DNA from: Chloroflexota bacterium
Lineage (GTDB): Bacteria > Chloroflexota > UBA6077
NCBI GenBank assembly: GCA_027356795.1
Contig: DAHVXI010000045.1
Coordinates: 4,303-68,302, forward strand
Direction of reading: 5' to 3'
DNA: 64,000 nt
This document shows, piece after piece, positions 29,001-39,518 of the stretch (position 1 is its first letter; each line of letters starts with the position of its first letter). The notes beneath the pieces were generated by a model. It made no database searches. It saw only the letters and a list, made by a program, of their open reading frames with translations, and was not told the origin of the DNA. The position numbers and the translations under genes were made by a program.

Positions 29001-29741
29001 AGCCGAGAATGGCAGATGGACAAGCTGAAGTCCAACATCATCTCCGTGGTGTCTCACGAGTTCCGCACCCCCCTCACCAGCATCATTGGCTTCTCCGAGC
29101 TGTTGGTTACTCGCGACCAATCGGAGGAGGAGCGAAAGAGCTGCGCCGAATACATCTACAACGAGGGGTTGAAGCTGGAGGCGTTGGTCAACGACTTCCT
29201 GGACGTCTCCCGTCTCGATGCCGGCCGGGTGATGCTAAACCCCGAGCCCCTGGAGGTGGCCGTCGTGGTGGAGAACAGCCTTGGCGCTGCACGTCCCCGG
29301 ACGGCCGAGCATCAACTGCTGGCGGAGGTGCAGGAAGGGCTTCCACTGGTGGAGGCGGATCCCGAGCGGCTGGCGCAGGTGATGGAGAATCTCCTCTCGA
29401 ACGCCACCAAGTACTCGCCTGCTGGGGCGGAGATCGTGGTGCGCGCCAGGGCGGGGCGGGAAGATGGCGACGGCGGCATCCGGATCGACGGGGACCCTCG
29501 GGGACCGTGGGTGGTCTTCTCCGTGGAGGATCACGGCTATGGGATCCCCGAGGATCAGCTTCCGGACATCTTCACCCCCTTCCACCGGGTTCAGGGGGAG
29601 TTGACCCGGCGCATTCGGGGCACCGGGCTGGGGCTGTCCATCGTCAAGAGCCTGGTGGAGCTTCACGGTGGAAAGGTGTGGGTGGAGAGCCGGGTCGGGG
29701 TGGGCAGCAAGTTCCACGTCGCCCTGAAAGCTATCAGCTGA
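26001..29741 (+). CDS. Giant multi-GAF/PAS sensor histidine kinase (no TM segments evident; cytoplasmic)
   Basis: At least four GAF-like repeats, then a PAS domain, an H-box VVSHEFRTPLTSIIGFSELL and an ATPase domain (LLSNATKYS..GTGLGLSIVKSLVELHGG). The start is uncertain (ATG 26001 or 26103; the ORF opens at 25878). Confidence 0.85.
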   Translation: MEDALVGLRRIRAQASPGNGKVRRPPKRSARETLMVSVAWVAATLNSEHDPEKALELICREALTLFAAHTTILWEPQDDQLVATNAQGVLSQQIQGYRIPIDDPDTFACRCFREQAPILENELLGGREGNRVMAQMAPAVAVLCVPLIHRDEVLGVLGLRDCEDPYRYTEADLEAASLFADLAAVAVANARLQEEAEKRAREAAVLNRIGQIVASGRDLAETSEAFARELRNLLFFHRVAIAVLEGDEQYRVFLATGMDASEFRPGAVGALAGSGVEWVVRCRQPHVIYDLELEQAFPSDRAYAAARMRSVVRVPLIERGEALGALTLVSASPGAYGTREVGLLEQVAGQIAGVFANAQMVEVERGLVARLSSLHRVTDAALSTLDLDSLLDSLLERCIEIVGADSGIILLLDETGEELTVRGARWMPEEGPWEIRRRLGQGISGKVALQGVPRLILEVDEEDPADVVVTQRRGIHSVLAVPLKARGKTIGVFRLESRRPAHFHQDQMRLMEVAAERMALAIDNARLLQEARERATHETLIHHIASAIGSSLDLNQVMDRAVQELLHATEASRCLVVLSDVKNEIVQWQWEACAPEVAPSASVQIPWGNMPVRAMLMRSGPAAINDMESFPLVEDMRKVMDELGVRSLLVAPLLRGDEPVGMVMLQQTDRPRQWTRWESELVRSVAAQLVVAVQNARLYGETDERMRARVRELGSLLRLGKAVSEQLSLDVVMERAVEEGVRALNADRCTLTTMDWGRRVLTVRAVSHRTGDVGNGVGIELRLSDFPHSARAMANRETTVLTVGHDTVSRAEEALLRSLDMVTAIVVPLVVGDRAIGTAFSGRKGDKPAFSEDEVALARAMAGQVAVAMENARLFQEVQAQKARTDALLASMSEGVCATDGDKLITAVNPWLEAMVGRRAEDMVGKRCRDLLRHTDEEGNSLCQTACPLREALGQGKPTDPTLMFAQTAWGDWIPTMVSVAPIRNELMEIIGAVSVSRDVSREWQMDKLKSNIISVVSHEFRTPLTSIIGFSELLVTRDQSEEERKSCAEYIYNEGLKLEALVNDFLDVSRLDAGRVMLNPEPLEVAVVVENSLGAARPRTAEHQLLAEVQEGLPLVEADPERLAQVMENLLSNATKYSPAGAEIVVRARAGREDGDGGIRIDGDPRGPWVVFSVEDHGYGIPEDQLPDIFTPFHRVQGELTRRIRGTGLGLSIVKSLVELHGGKVWVESRVGVGSKFHVALKAIS

Positions 29742-29769
29742 TAGCTGGCGGCTGATCGCTGATAGCTAC
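29730..29769. repeat. REP-like palindromic element AGCTATCAGCTGATAGCT (two tandem copies), overlapping the kinase stop codon
   Basis: agctatcagctgatagctggcggctgatcgctgatagct. The core is a perfect 18-bp palindrome with stop codons in several frames. Confidence 0.7.
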
Positions 29770-29937
29770 CTGCTCCGTTTCCTTGCGGCGACCGGTGGGG
29801 AGTTGTAGAATCCCTCGTGACAGAAGGCCAGGTGGGCTTCTTGCCGAGAGCGTGCCGAGGGTAGTATCGTCCCAGGTTGGGGCGGTGAGGTCGGGCGTTC
29901 TAGGGGCGGTCAACCGCTGGACAGCAGCTCCGGAGAT

Positions 29938-30888
29938 ATGCCGACGATACGAGCCATTCGCCCCACGGACTTTGTGTCGCTGATATCCTTCTTCCGTCAC
30001 GATGCCCGCTGCGAAGTGACGGCCCCCATTTGGCCCGACGTATGGGAAGAATCCAACGGCCGTGGTCGCTGGAGCTTCCTATCCAAGCTGATTACACGGG
30101 GCAGCGGCTCCCAGGTCTGGCTCTCCTCGAACGGGGGCCACGTGCGAGGTCTCGCGATCGCCCATCCCAGGGCAGGGAAGCTGGCCTGGGACGTGGAAGA
30201 CCTCTTCGTGGCCGAGAACGATCATTCGGCCGGGGTGGACCTGCTGGAGCACCTGGCCGCGGAAGCGGCACGGCGAGGGGCCAGGAGACTCTTCCTGGTC
30301 ACCCGTGTGGACGGCGACATGGCTCGGATCGCCAGCCACGCCGGCTTCGTGAACTACACGTCCGAGACTCTCTACTCCGCGCGGCTGCCCTCGGCCATCA
30401 GCGACGGCGGACTCCGTCGGGCGCGGCCACGCCTCCGCCAGGACACTCCGGCACTTTTCCAGCTTTACAACGCCGCGGTGCCCTGCAACGTGCGCAGCGC
30501 GGAGGCGATGACCATCGACGAATGGTTGTCGCTGGAGCGGGGGGGCAGGCTGTGGACGCCGAGCCTGGGGGGGAGCCGGCAGCATTTCGTTTGGGAGAGC
30601 GGAAACAGCCTGGCGGGGTGGCTGCACATCACCTTCGGCAACAAGAGCCAGCACCTGGAGTTGCTGGTGCATCCGGGCGAGCGGGCGGCCACCGAGGAGA
30701 TGCTTCTCTATTCCCTGAGCCAGACCAGCACCCGGGCATCGGTCTACGTCACCTTGCGGGATTACCAGCCCGAGCTGGCCTCCCTGCTGGAAGCCCGGGG
30801 CTTCATACCGGCGGCCGACTACCTGGTCTTTGCCCGGCAGCTGGCGGTGCGGGTTCACGGCCGGGCCCTGGTGCCGGCGAGGGCGTAA
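29938..30888 (+). CDS. GNAT-family acetyltransferase-like protein
   Basis: [15 protein letters not shown]...GLAIAHP...[16 protein letters not shown] is a GNAT-like fold signature. The protein is 316 aa. Confidence 0.5.
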   Translation: MPTIRAIRPTDFVSLISFFRHDARCEVTAPIWPDVWEESNGRGRWSFLSKLITRGSGSQVWLSSNGGHVRGLAIAHPRAGKLAWDVEDLFVAENDHSAGVDLLEHLAAEAARRGARRLFLVTRVDGDMARIASHAGFVNYTSETLYSARLPSAISDGGLRRARPRLRQDTPALFQLYNAAVPCNVRSAEAMTIDEWLSLERGGRLWTPSLGGSRQHFVWESGNSLAGWLHITFGNKSQHLELLVHPGERAATEEMLLYSLSQTSTRASVYVTLRDYQPELASLLEARGFIPAADYLVFARQLAVRVHGRALVPARA

Positions 30889-31022
30889 CCGGGAGATTTG
30901 GAGTGCGGTGGCCGGCTGGCAAGCTTTATGCGCCTCCCAATCGGGCTGATCGATCGCCCGCTTTCGTCGCTCTGGAGCGACGGGGGCAGCGGGGCAACGC
31001 TGGCCCTTTGAGGTTGAACGGG

Positions 31023-32627
31023 ATGCATATGGAAGAGTTGCATCAAACGACTGCGCAGCAGGCGGTCACGGACGACATCGACGCCCTTCTGGACGCCCTT
31101 CCCCCTCACATCAGCGATCCCCTCAAGGCCGCAGGCAACCGAAGCGCCCTGCTGGAGGTTGTCATGGACCTGGGACGTCCTCCGGAGGCCCGGTTCCCCG
31201 ACGAGGAGACCATCTTGAGCCCCCACGACGTCACCGAGGAGGATCTGGACTACGTTATCGAGCGGATAGGGGCCTTTGGGGACGACAATCGGGCCGGGAT
31301 CGAGCGCACCCTTCACCGCATCTCGGCCATTCGCAACCGCTCCGGCAAGATCATCGGGCTCACCTGCCGGGTGGGGCGGGCCGTCTTCGGGACCATCGCG
31401 GTCATTCGCGACATGGTGGAATCGAGCAGGAGTATCCTGCTGTTGGGCCGCCCCGGCGTTGGCAAGACCACCATGCTGCGGGAGGTGGCCAGGGTGTTGG
31501 CCGACGAGTTCCGCAAGCGAGTGATCATCGTGGACACCTCCAACGAGATCGCCGGTGACGGGGACATCCCGCACCCGGCCATCGGGCGGGCGCGACGGAT
31601 GCAGGTGGTTACCCCCAGCATGCAGCACGCGGTGATGATCGAGGCGGTGGAGAACCACATGCCTGAAGTCATCATCATCGACGAGATCGGTACGGAGCTG
31701 GAAGCTGCCGCGGCTCGCACCATTGCCGAGCGCGGGGTCCAGCTAGTGGGCACGGCCCACGGCAACACCCTGGACAACCTGATGATGAATCCCACCCTCT
31801 CCGACCTGATAGGCGGGATCCAAAGCGTCACCCTGGGCGACGAGGAGGCCAGGCGCAGGGGCACGCAGAAGTCGATCCTGGAGCGGAAGGCTCCGCCCAC
31901 CTTCGACGTGGTGGTGGAGATCATCGATCGGGATCGAGTGGCCGTTCATGCAAGCGTGGCCGAGGTGGTAGACTCCATCCTGCGGGGGAACCCCGTGGTT
32001 CCCGAGGAGCGCTACCGGACGCCGGACGGGGAGGTGCACATCGAGCGACAGCGGGCCCTGCGGCCGGTGCCGGCCGAGCGGGTTGGTGCCGCCCGTCCGT
32101 CGGCGGCCGCGGAGCGGGCCGCGCCGGCTCCGGCTCCCTTCGTGGGACGGCAGAAGGCCGAAGGGAAGCCCGCCCGGATATATCCCTTCGGCATCAGCCG
32201 GGATCGGCTGGAGAACATGATCCACTCGCTCAGGCTTCCCGTGAACATAGTCCGAGATCCCGGTTCCTCGGATGTGGTGCTCACCTCCAAGAACTATTAC
32301 CGGCGGAAGCCCCAGGCTCTTCGGGAGGCCGAGGCGGCGGGGATCCCCGTCTACGTCATCAAGAGCAACACCGACGCCCAGATCGAGGGGGCGCTGATCA
32401 ACATCTTCGAGCTGGAGACGGCCGACCCTACGGCCTACGCCCTCCAGGAGGCCGAGGATGCGGTGTCCCAGGTGCTGGCCAGCAACAAGCCCGTGGAGCT
32501 ATCGCCTCAGAGCGCCTACATCCGCCGGCTGCAGCACCAATTGGCCGAGCAGTACAATCTGGCCAGCCGCAGCAAGGGCAGGGAGCCCTATCGGCGGGTA
32601 AGAATCTTCAAGGCAGAGCAGGAGTAA
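31023..32627 (+). CDS. SpoIIIAA/Ycf45-like AAA ATPase with C-terminal R3H nucleic-acid-binding domain
   Basis: Walker [13 protein letters not shown] and Walker [10 protein letters not shown]. The C-terminal stretch is R3H-like. The start at ATG 31023 follows GAGG. The ORF-track N-terminal extension from 30030 is a GC-frame artefact overlapping the GNAT gene. Confidence 0.75.
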   Translation: MHMEELHQTTAQQAVTDDIDALLDALPPHISDPLKAAGNRSALLEVVMDLGRPPEARFPDEETILSPHDVTEEDLDYVIERIGAFGDDNRAGIERTLHRISAIRNRSGKIIGLTCRVGRAVFGTIAVIRDMVESSRSILLLGRPGVGKTTMLREVARVLADEFRKRVIIVDTSNEIAGDGDIPHPAIGRARRMQVVTPSMQHAVMIEAVENHMPEVIIIDEIGTELEAAAARTIAERGVQLVGTAHGNTLDNLMMNPTLSDLIGGIQSVTLGDEEARRRGTQKSILERKAPPTFDVVVEIIDRDRVAVHASVAEVVDSILRGNPVVPEERYRTPDGEVHIERQRALRPVPAERVGAARPSAAAERAAPAPAPFVGRQKAEGKPARIYPFGISRDRLENMIHSLRLPVNIVRDPGSSDVVLTSKNYYRRKPQALREAEAAGIPVYVIKSNTDAQIEGALINIFELETADPTAYALQEAEDAVSQVLASNKPVELSPQSAYIRRLQHQLAEQYNLASRSKGREPYRRVRIFKAEQE

Positions 32628-33290
32628 GTGGGGGCATTTCTGGTTTTCGAGGGCCCGGAGGGTGGCGGGAAGTCCAGCCAGGCCAGGGCGTTGGCCGATC
32701 GGCTCACCGGGGTGGGCTACCCTGTGGTCCTCACTCGGGAGCCCGGCGGCACGCCGCTGGGGGACGCCATCCGGCAGATCCTTCTCCCCGCCACCTCCGT
32801 GGCCATCTCCCCCAGGAGCGAAGTCCTTCTCTATAGCGCCTCGCGGGCGCAGCTGGTGGAGGAGGTAATCTGCCCGTCGCTGGACCAGGGGCAGGTGGTG
32901 GTATCCGATCGCTTCAGCTACTCCACCATCGCCTACCAGGGTTACGGCCGCGGCCTGGGGGTGGAGCCGGTTGCCTCGGTGGTCCGCTTCGCCACCGGCT
33001 CCCTGGAACCCGACCTGATCATCCTGCTGGACCTGGAGCCTCGGGTGGGGCTGGAGAGGAAGCGGGGCGATTTCCTGGCCGGCAGCACCGAGGAGTGGAA
33101 CCGCTTCGAGGAGGAGGAGCTGGCCTTCCACCAGAGGGTGCGGGAGGGCTACCTGGCGATGGCCAAGGCCGACCCGGAGCGTTGGCTGGTGCTGGACGCT
33201 TCATTGCCCTTTGGGACACTTCAAGATAGAATTATGGAGACAGTGTCCATCCTGCTGGACCGTAAGCGGGTGCTGCGGCGGCCGGCGTAG
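32628..33290 (+). CDS. tmk: Thymidylate kinase
   Basis: FLVFEGPEGGGKSSQ (P-loop), LTREPGGTP and DRF. GTG start immediately after the upstream stop. Confidence 0.9.
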   Translation: MGAFLVFEGPEGGGKSSQARALADRLTGVGYPVVLTREPGGTPLGDAIRQILLPATSVAISPRSEVLLYSASRAQLVEEVICPSLDQGQVVVSDRFSYSTIAYQGYGRGLGVEPVASVVRFATGSLEPDLIILLDLEPRVGLERKRGDFLAGSTEEWNRFEEEELAFHQRVREGYLAMAKADPERWLVLDASLPFGTLQDRIMETVSILLDRKRVLRRPA

Positions 33291-33305
33291 CGACGGGAGG
33301 AGAGG

Positions 33306-33635
33306 ATGAAGCTGGTCGTGGCCATCGTGCAGAGGGAGGATGCCGGCACCCTTATCGATGCGCTCACGGAGAAGGGATATCGGGCCACCCGGATCAATAC
33401 CGCCGGCGGCTTTCTGAAGGAGGGGAACGCCACGGTCCTGGTAGGGGTTGAGGACCCGGCGGTCGATGAAGTTCTCTCCCTGGTGGAAGCCAGCTGCAAC
33501 ACTCGGACCCAGTACATCAACCCTCTCCCGCCGGTAATGGAGCCTGGCGAGTTCTACATGCCGTATCCCGTTGAGGTGCAGGTAGGCGGAGCCACGGTCT
33601 TTGTCCTGAACGTGGAGCGCTGCGAGCGGCTCTAG
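33306..33635 (+). CDS. darA: PII-like cyclic-di-AMP receptor protein (DarA/YaaQ family)
   Basis: MKLVVAIVQREDAGTLIDALTEKGYRATRINTAGGFLKEGNATVLVGVED is DUF970/DarA-like. Its position directly after tmk matches the tmk-yaaQ synteny. Confidence 0.65.
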   Translation: MKLVVAIVQREDAGTLIDALTEKGYRATRINTAGGFLKEGNATVLVGVEDPAVDEVLSLVEASCNTRTQYINPLPPVMEPGEFYMPYPVEVQVGGATVFVLNVERCERL

Positions 33636-33650
33636 GGAGACCCCATTCTT

Positions 33651-33670
33651 CCCTCTCCCTTTGGGAGAGG
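33651..33670. repeat. REP-like palindrome CCCTCTCCC-tttg-GGAGAGG (family A)
   Basis: Read directly after the darA stop. Confidence 0.6.
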
Positions 33671-33773
33671 CGTGGACCGGCCACAGGGCAGGTCCGCGGG
33701 GTGAGGGCTGAAGTCTGGCCTCGAGCCCCATAGCCTCTGCTTATCCCCTTTCCGTTGCGTAGAGAGGATCAGC

Positions 33774-34505
33774 TTGACCGGAACGGTTCTCAATGTGTCC
33801 ACGGTCCTGCTGGGTGGGACCGTGGGGGCGCTTGTTGGCGAGCGGCTGCCGGATCGCTTCAGGGAGACGGCGCTGCACGCCATAGGCCTGATGACCCTTC
33901 TAATAGGCTTCCAAATGGCGCTCGGCACTCGGAGCGCCATCATCGTGCTTGGAAGCGTTGTGATCGGAGCCCTTCTCGGCGAGGCGGCAGGGATCGACGA
34001 TGGCCTGAAAGCCCTGGGCGATTGGGTGGAGGCGAAGGTTCAAGAGATTAGCGCTGGCGCGAATCGTGCAACAGTTGCAGGGGGACGAGGCAAAGGTGAG
34101 TCCCTCTTCAGCAAGGGTTTCGTTACCGCTAGTCTCGTGTTCTGCGTCGGCCCCATGACCATTCTAGGTTCCTTTCAGGATGGCCTCACCGGCGTCTACG
34201 ACACACTGGCGGTGAAATCCGTGCTTGATGGATTCACGGCAGTGGCACTGGCATCCTCCCTTGGATGGGGGGTGGTTCTCTCCTCCGCTGTGGTGCTGGT
34301 CTATCAGGGCGCGTTGACCCTGGGTGCGGTATGGGCGAAACCCCTCCTTTCTGAGTCCGTGGTGACAGAAATGACGGCCGCCGGTGGGCTCCTCATCGTG
34401 GGTATCGGGCTGAACATCCTGGGAATCACCAAGATCCGGGTCGCCAACATGTTGCCTGCTCTGGTGATAGCCCCGCTGCTGGTGGCGCTAGTAGGCCCCA
34501 GGTAG
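33774..34505 (+). CDS. DUF554 (YqgA-like) membrane protein
   Basis: TTG start. Motifs are LLGGTVGALVGERLP..GLMTLLIGFQMAL and GFTAVALASSLGWGV. Confidence 0.65.
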   Translation: MTGTVLNVSTVLLGGTVGALVGERLPDRFRETALHAIGLMTLLIGFQMALGTRSAIIVLGSVVIGALLGEAAGIDDGLKALGDWVEAKVQEISAGANRATVAGGRGKGESLFSKGFVTASLVFCVGPMTILGSFQDGLTGVYDTLAVKSVLDGFTAVALASSLGWGVVLSSAVVLVYQGALTLGAVWAKPLLSESVVTEMTAAGGLLIVGIGLNILGITKIRVANMLPALVIAPLLVALVGPR

Positions 34506-34529
34506 AACCTTGGAACGTGGGAGTAGCCG

Positions 34530-36173
34530 ATGACCAAGTACATTTTCGTCACGGGTGGTGTGGTGTCCTCGGTGGGAAAGGGGATCACCGTTGCCTCGTT
34601 GGGCCGGATCCTGAAAAGCCGCGGCATTACCGTCTCCGTCCAGAAGCTGGATCCCTACATCAACGTCGACCCGGGCACCATGAGCCCCTTCCAGCACGGA
34701 GAGGTGTTCGTCACCGACGACGGTGCCGAGACCGATCTGGACCTCGGCCACTACGAGCGGTTCATCGACGTGAGCCTCACCCGTGCCAGCAACGTCACCT
34801 CCGGCCAGATCTACAAGAGCGTCATCGGTCGGGAGCGTCGCGGAGATTTCCTCGGTGGCACCATCCAGGTGATCCCCCACATAACCAACGAGATCAAGGA
34901 GCGGATCACCCGGGTTGCGAAGCAGACGGGCGCCCAGGTGGTCATCGTCGAGGTAGGGGGCACGGTGGGCGACATCGAGAGCCTGCCCTTCATGGAGGCG
35001 ATCAGGCAGATGCGGCGGGACGTCGGGGAGGACAACGCCCTGTACATCCACCTGACGCTGCTCCCCTACATCGGCTCGACCCACGAGTTGAAGACCAAGC
35101 CCACGCAGCATTCGGTCAAGGAGCTTCGGGGCATCGGCATCCAGCCCGACGTGATCGTGTGCCGGTCCGACTACCCGGTTAGCGACGAGCTGAAGGAGAA
35201 GATCGCCCTCTTCTGCAACGTGGAGAAGCGGGCGGTGGTTCCCCTGGAGACCGTTCCCAGCATCTACCAGGTCCCCCTGATCCTGGAGGAGGCCGGGCTG
35301 GGCGATTTCGTGGTGGAGCGGCTGGGGTTGCCCGATCGCAAGGCCGAGCTGGCCGAGTGGCAGGCAATGGTGGAGGGGAGCCAGCAGCTCAAGGACGAGA
35401 TAATAGTGGGGGTGGTCGGCAAGTACGTGGGGCTGCACGACTCCTACCTGAGCGTCAAGGAGGCCCTCTTCCACGCCGGCCTTCACGAGAACCGGCGGGT
35501 GCGCCTCGTCTGGATCGACTCGGAGGATCTGGAGCGGGAGGGGGACGACCGCCTCAAGGAGTTGAACGGCATCGTGGTGCCGGGCGGTTTTGGGTATCGA
35601 GGAGTCGAGGGGATGATCCAGGCCGCTCGCTACGCCCGCGAGCACGACATCCCCTACTTCGGGCTGTGCCTGGGCATGCAGATCATGGTGATAGAGCTGG
35701 CCCGGTACGTGCTGGGTACCTCCGAGCCGAACAGCACCGAGTTCAACATGTTCAGCGGCCATCCGGTGATAGACCTGCTGCCGGAGCAGAGGGATGTGGG
35801 GGATAAGGGAGGCACCATGCGGCTTGGCCAGTACCCCTGCCAGTTGATCCCCGGCACCAGGGCCGGCGATGCCTACAACACCAACAACATCATCTTCGAG
35901 CGTCACCGGCACCGCTACGAGTTCAACAACGATTACCGGGAGTTGCTGGGGGTTGCCGGCCTGGTCTTCAGCGGCCTCTCCCCCGATGGCCGCTTGGTGG
36001 AGATCTCGGAGTTGGCCGGGCATCCCTGGATGCTGGGCACCCAGTTCCACCCGGAGTTCAAGTCGAGGCCGAACCGGCCTCATCCCCTGTTCGCCGCCTT
36101 CATTCGCGCCTGCAAGGTTAGCCTCCGAGAGGGCGACCAGAGGCCGTTGCCCCTCGAGAGAACGATAAGCTGA
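34530..36173 (+). CDS. pyrG: CTP synthase
   Basis: [19 protein letters not shown], and a glutamine amidotransferase C-domain with GLCLGMQ. Confidence 0.97.
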   Translation: MTKYIFVTGGVVSSVGKGITVASLGRILKSRGITVSVQKLDPYINVDPGTMSPFQHGEVFVTDDGAETDLDLGHYERFIDVSLTRASNVTSGQIYKSVIGRERRGDFLGGTIQVIPHITNEIKERITRVAKQTGAQVVIVEVGGTVGDIESLPFMEAIRQMRRDVGEDNALYIHLTLLPYIGSTHELKTKPTQHSVKELRGIGIQPDVIVCRSDYPVSDELKEKIALFCNVEKRAVVPLETVPSIYQVPLILEEAGLGDFVVERLGLPDRKAELAEWQAMVEGSQQLKDEIIVGVVGKYVGLHDSYLSVKEALFHAGLHENRRVRLVWIDSEDLEREGDDRLKELNGIVVPGGFGYRGVEGMIQAARYAREHDIPYFGLCLGMQIMVIELARYVLGTSEPNSTEFNMFSGHPVIDLLPEQRDVGDKGGTMRLGQYPCQLIPGTRAGDAYNTNNIIFERHRHRYEFNNDYRELLGVAGLVFSGLSPDGRLVEISELAGHPWMLGTQFHPEFKSRPNRPHPLFAAFIRACKVSLREGDQRPLPLERTIS

Positions 36174-36187
36174 GGAGAGTTCAAGCG

Positions 36188-36835
36188 ATGGAGCTGTTCG
36201 TTGACACGGCCGACATCAAGGAGATTGAGGAGGCCGTTGGCTGGGGAATAATCAGCGGCTGTACCACCAATCCTACCCTGGTGTCGGTGCAGGGCAAGGT
36301 GGACTTCAAGGGCCACATCCAGCGGATCTGCGAGTTGGTCCAGGGTCCGGTTAGCGCCGAGGTTGTGAGCCTGGATGCCGAGAGCATGATCAAAGAGGCC
36401 CGGAATATCGCCACCTGGTCCCCCCACGTGGTGATCAAGATCCCCATGACCTGGGAAGGGATCAAGGCCACCAAGGCCCTCTCCCGAGAGGGCATCAAGA
36501 CCAACGTGACCCTGGTGTTCTCCCCCAATCAGGCGCTGCTGGCTGGTCTGGCGGGAGCCACCTACGTTAGCCCCTTCCTGGGCCGACTGGACGACGCCGG
36601 CCACGATGGCATGGCGGTCGTCGGCGAGATAGTGGAGGTCTTCCGGAAGAGCGGCATCACCACGAAGGTGCTGGCCGCCAGCATCCGGCATCCCCTCCAC
36701 GTGGTCCAGGCCGCCAAGATCGGGGCCGACGTGGCTACGGTGCCTTTCAAGGTCCTGAAGCAGATGGTCAAGCACCCGCTCACCGACGTTGGGATCGAGC
36801 GGTTCCTCAGCGATTGGAAGAAGGTAACCGGTTAA
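36188..36835 (+). CDS. tal: Transaldolase / fructose-6-phosphate aldolase (short TalC/FSA type)
   Basis: [24 protein letters not shown] and [12 protein letters not shown], which carries the Schiff-base Lys. 215 aa. Confidence 0.9.
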   Translation: MELFVDTADIKEIEEAVGWGIISGCTTNPTLVSVQGKVDFKGHIQRICELVQGPVSAEVVSLDAESMIKEARNIATWSPHVVIKIPMTWEGIKATKALSREGIKTNVTLVFSPNQALLAGLAGATYVSPFLGRLDDAGHDGMAVVGEIVEVFRKSGITTKVLAASIRHPLHVVQAAKIGADVATVPFKVLKQMVKHPLTDVGIERFLSDWKKVTG

Positions 36836-36840
36836 GCCAC

Positions 36841-36873
36841 CAGCTATCAGTCTGAAGGAGAGGCTGATAGCTG
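36841..36873. terminator. Hairpin formed by REP family B half-sites (cagctatcag / ctgatagctg) directly after tal stop
   Basis: cagctatcag-tctgaaggagagg-ctgatagctg is a 10-bp stem. Confidence 0.55.
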
Positions 36874-37006
36874 TTAGCTTCTGGATATGTACGGCAGGGG
36901 ATAAATCCCTGCCGCCCGGCCCTGCCGTCGCTCGGGGGCGGCGGGGGACAAGCCCCCGCCCTACGTCATGGATTTGCCGCACGCACCACTCAATTGAATA
37001 GGGAGG

Positions 37007-38005
37007 TTGTTCATGGGCCAGCCCATAGGTCGCAACCTTGGTTTCGACTTGGTGCGGGTCACCGAGTCGGCGGCGCTGTCGGCGGCTCGATGGCAGGGAC
37101 GCGGGGACAAGAACGCCGTGGACCGGGCCGCCGTGGAGGCGATGCGCTACGTACTGCAGTGGGTACCCATGGATGGAGTGGTCGTGATCGGCGAGGGGGA
37201 GAAGGACGAGGCCCCCATGCTGTACATCGGCGAGCAGATCGGAACAGGGGTCTCGCCCAGGGTGGACGTGGCGGTAGACCCGGTGGATGGCACTACCCTC
37301 ACCTCCAAAGGGCTCCCCAACGCTGTCTCCGTAGTGGCCCTCGCTTCCCGAGGAAGCATGTTCTACGCTCCCGGCATCGTGTACATGGAGAAGATCGCCG
37401 TGGGCCCCGAGGCCAAAGGCTGCATCCACCTGGACGCCCCCGTGGCCGAGAACATCAGGTGCGTCGCCCAGGCCAAGGGTCTTCAGCCATCGGAGGTCAC
37501 GGTGGTGATCCTGGATCGCCCCAGGCACGAGCAGTTGATTCGGGAGGTGAGGGATGCCGGCGCCCGGATCAAGCTGATCAGCGACGGCGACGTGGCCGGC
37601 GTCATCATGGCGGCGATGGACGGTACCGGCGCCGACATCCTGATGGGGATCGGCGGCTCGCCCGAGGCGGTGATCGCGGCCTGCGCTCTGAAGTGCATGT
37701 GCGGAGAGATCCAGTGCCGGATCTATCCTCGGAACGAGGAGGAGCGACGGCAGGCGATCGCGGCAGGCCACGATCCCGCCAAGATCCTGACCACCGACGA
37801 TCTGGTCAGCGACGACGACGTTTTCTTTGCCCTCACAGGGGTTACGGGCGGAGAGTTGGTACGCGGGGTGCGGTATACCTCTCGCGGGGCGGAGACGGAG
37901 ACGCTAATGATGCGCTCTCGCTCCGGCACAATCCGCAGGATCGAGTCAAGCCACAACTTTGATAAGCTGATGAAGATCACCAGCGTTCCCTATCAAAAGC
38001 CTTGA
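37007..38005 (+). CDS. glpX: Fructose-1,6-bisphosphatase class II
   Basis: RVTESAALSAARWQGRGDKNAVDRAAVEAMR, VAVDPVDGTT and GGSPEAV are GlpX signatures. Confidence 0.9.
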   Translation: MFMGQPIGRNLGFDLVRVTESAALSAARWQGRGDKNAVDRAAVEAMRYVLQWVPMDGVVVIGEGEKDEAPMLYIGEQIGTGVSPRVDVAVDPVDGTTLTSKGLPNAVSVVALASRGSMFYAPGIVYMEKIAVGPEAKGCIHLDAPVAENIRCVAQAKGLQPSEVTVVILDRPRHEQLIREVRDAGARIKLISDGDVAGVIMAAMDGTGADILMGIGGSPEAVIAACALKCMCGEIQCRIYPRNEEERRQAIAAGHDPAKILTTDDLVSDDDVFFALTGVTGGELVRGVRYTSRGAETETLMMRSRSGTIRRIESSHNFDKLMKITSVPYQKP

Positions 38006-38270
38006 CAATGTTCTTAGTCGACTGCTATGCTCCAAGCTGGATAGTCAGGAAGTTCATCACACATGCCTCTAAAGTAGGGACCATACAGTTATCCTCGGAG
38101 ACTGTTCCCCGCAAGTGGGCGACAGACGATATACCGCCTGGGATCCCATTTTACCCCACAGCACGTTGTTTTCCACCGAATCTTGGCGAGCTGACACCGG
38201 CCACGCTGGGCAGGCAGCACGAGGTGCCTAGGACCATCGATGGTTGGGCGTGTCCGAATCGGAGTGAGTC

Positions 38271-39518
38271 GTGAACATAGCTGAACTTGAGACGAAGACC
38301 AGAGACGAACTTCAGGAGATGGCCAAGGAACTGGGCATCGCTGGTGTCAGTACGCTGCGCAAGCAGGATCTGATCTTCCGGTTGTTGCAGGCCCAGACGG
38401 AGCAGCAGGGCAATATCTTCCGCGGCGGCGTCTTGGAGATCGTTGAGGATGGGTTTGGCTTCTTGCGGCAGGAGAGATACCTTCCGGGCAGCAACGACGT
38501 GTACGTCTCCCAGTCCCAGATCCGGAGGTTCGGCCTGCGCACCGGCGACATGATCACCGGGCAGGTGCGGCCTCCCAAGGACAGTGAGAAGTACTACGGC
38601 CTGCTGCGGGTCGAGGCGGTCAACAGTCTCGATCCGGAAGTGGCCAAGAAGCGACCTCACTTCGATACCCTGACGGCCATCTTCCCCCGAGAGATGATCA
38701 ACCTCGAGACCGAGTCCAAGAACCTGACCCAGAGGCTGATAAACCTGGTGGCGCCCATCGGCCGGGGGCAGCGGGGGCTCATCGTGTCGCCGCCCAAGGC
38801 CGGAAAGACCACCATCCTGAAGCACATCGCCAACGGGATCACCAGCAACTACTCGGACGTCCATATGATGGTGCTGCTCATCGGCGAGCGCCCGGAGGAA
38901 GTCACCGACATGAAGCGCTCCGTCAGGGGAGAGGTGATCAGCTCCACCTTCGACGAGCCGGTGGAGGACCACACCACCGTGGCGGAGATGGCTCTCAACC
39001 GGGCCAAGCGGCTGGTGGAGTGCGGACGGGACGTGGTGATCCTGCTGGATAGCATCACCCGTCTGGCCAGGGCCTATAACCTGGCGATGCCACCCAGCGG
39101 GCGCACCCTCTCCGGTGGTATCGATCCCATCGCCCTCTACCCGCCGAAGCGCTTCTTCGGCGCCGCCAGAAACATCGAGGAGGGCGGGAGCCTCACCGTC
39201 ATCGCTACCTGCCTGGTGGACACGGGCAGCCGGATGGACGACGTGATCTACGAGGAGTTCAAGGGCACCGGCAACATGGAGCTGCACCTGGACCGCAAGA
39301 TCGCCGAGCGGCGCACCTTCCCGGCCATCGATGTGGCGAGGTCCGGTACCCGCCGCGAGGAGCTGCTGCTGGACGAGTGGACCCTGAAGCAGGTGTGGAC
39401 CATGCGCCGGATGCTGACGGCCATCGGTACCACCGAGGGGGTCGAGCTGGTGCTCTCCCGGATGTCCAAAACGGGCAACAACAAGGAGTTCCTATCCACC
39501 CTCACCAAGGATGTCTGA
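38271..39518 (+). CDS. rho: Transcription termination factor Rho
   Basis: [14 protein letters not shown] is in the N-terminal RNA-binding domain. The P-loop is [16 protein letters not shown]. The R-loop and Q-loop regions are present. GTG start; 415 aa. Confidence 0.95.
   Translation: MNIAELETKTRDELQEMAKELGIAGVSTLRKQDLIFRLLQAQTEQQGNIFRGGVLEIVEDGFGFLRQERYLPGSNDVYVSQSQIRRFGLRTGDMITGQVRPPKDSEKYYGLLRVEAVNSLDPEVAKKRPHFDTLTAIFPREMINLETESKNLTQRLINLVAPIGRGQRGLIVSPPKAGKTTILKHIANGITSNYSDVHMMVLLIGERPEEVTDMKRSVRGEVISSTFDEPVEDHTTVAEMALNRAKRLVECGRDVVILLDSITRLARAYNLAMPPSGRTLSGGIDPIALYPPKRFFGAARNIEEGGSLTVIATCLVDTGSRMDDVIYEEFKGTGNMELHLDRKIAERRTFPAIDVARSGTRREELLLDEWTLKQVWTMRRMLTAIGTTEGVELVLSRMSKTGNNKEFLSTLTKDV

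Noticed and set aside
30030-31022. N-terminal 331-aa extension of the R3H ATPase ORF overlapping the GNAT gene
   Set aside because: The extension is Arg/Gly/Pro-rich junk in another gene's frame. The conserved ATPase begins after ATG 31023, which has a plausible RBS.
34488-37771. Two long minus-strand ORFs (531 aa, 563 aa) antisense to pyrG/tal/glpX
   Set aside because: They are antisense to three unambiguous housekeeping genes, with low-complexity composition.
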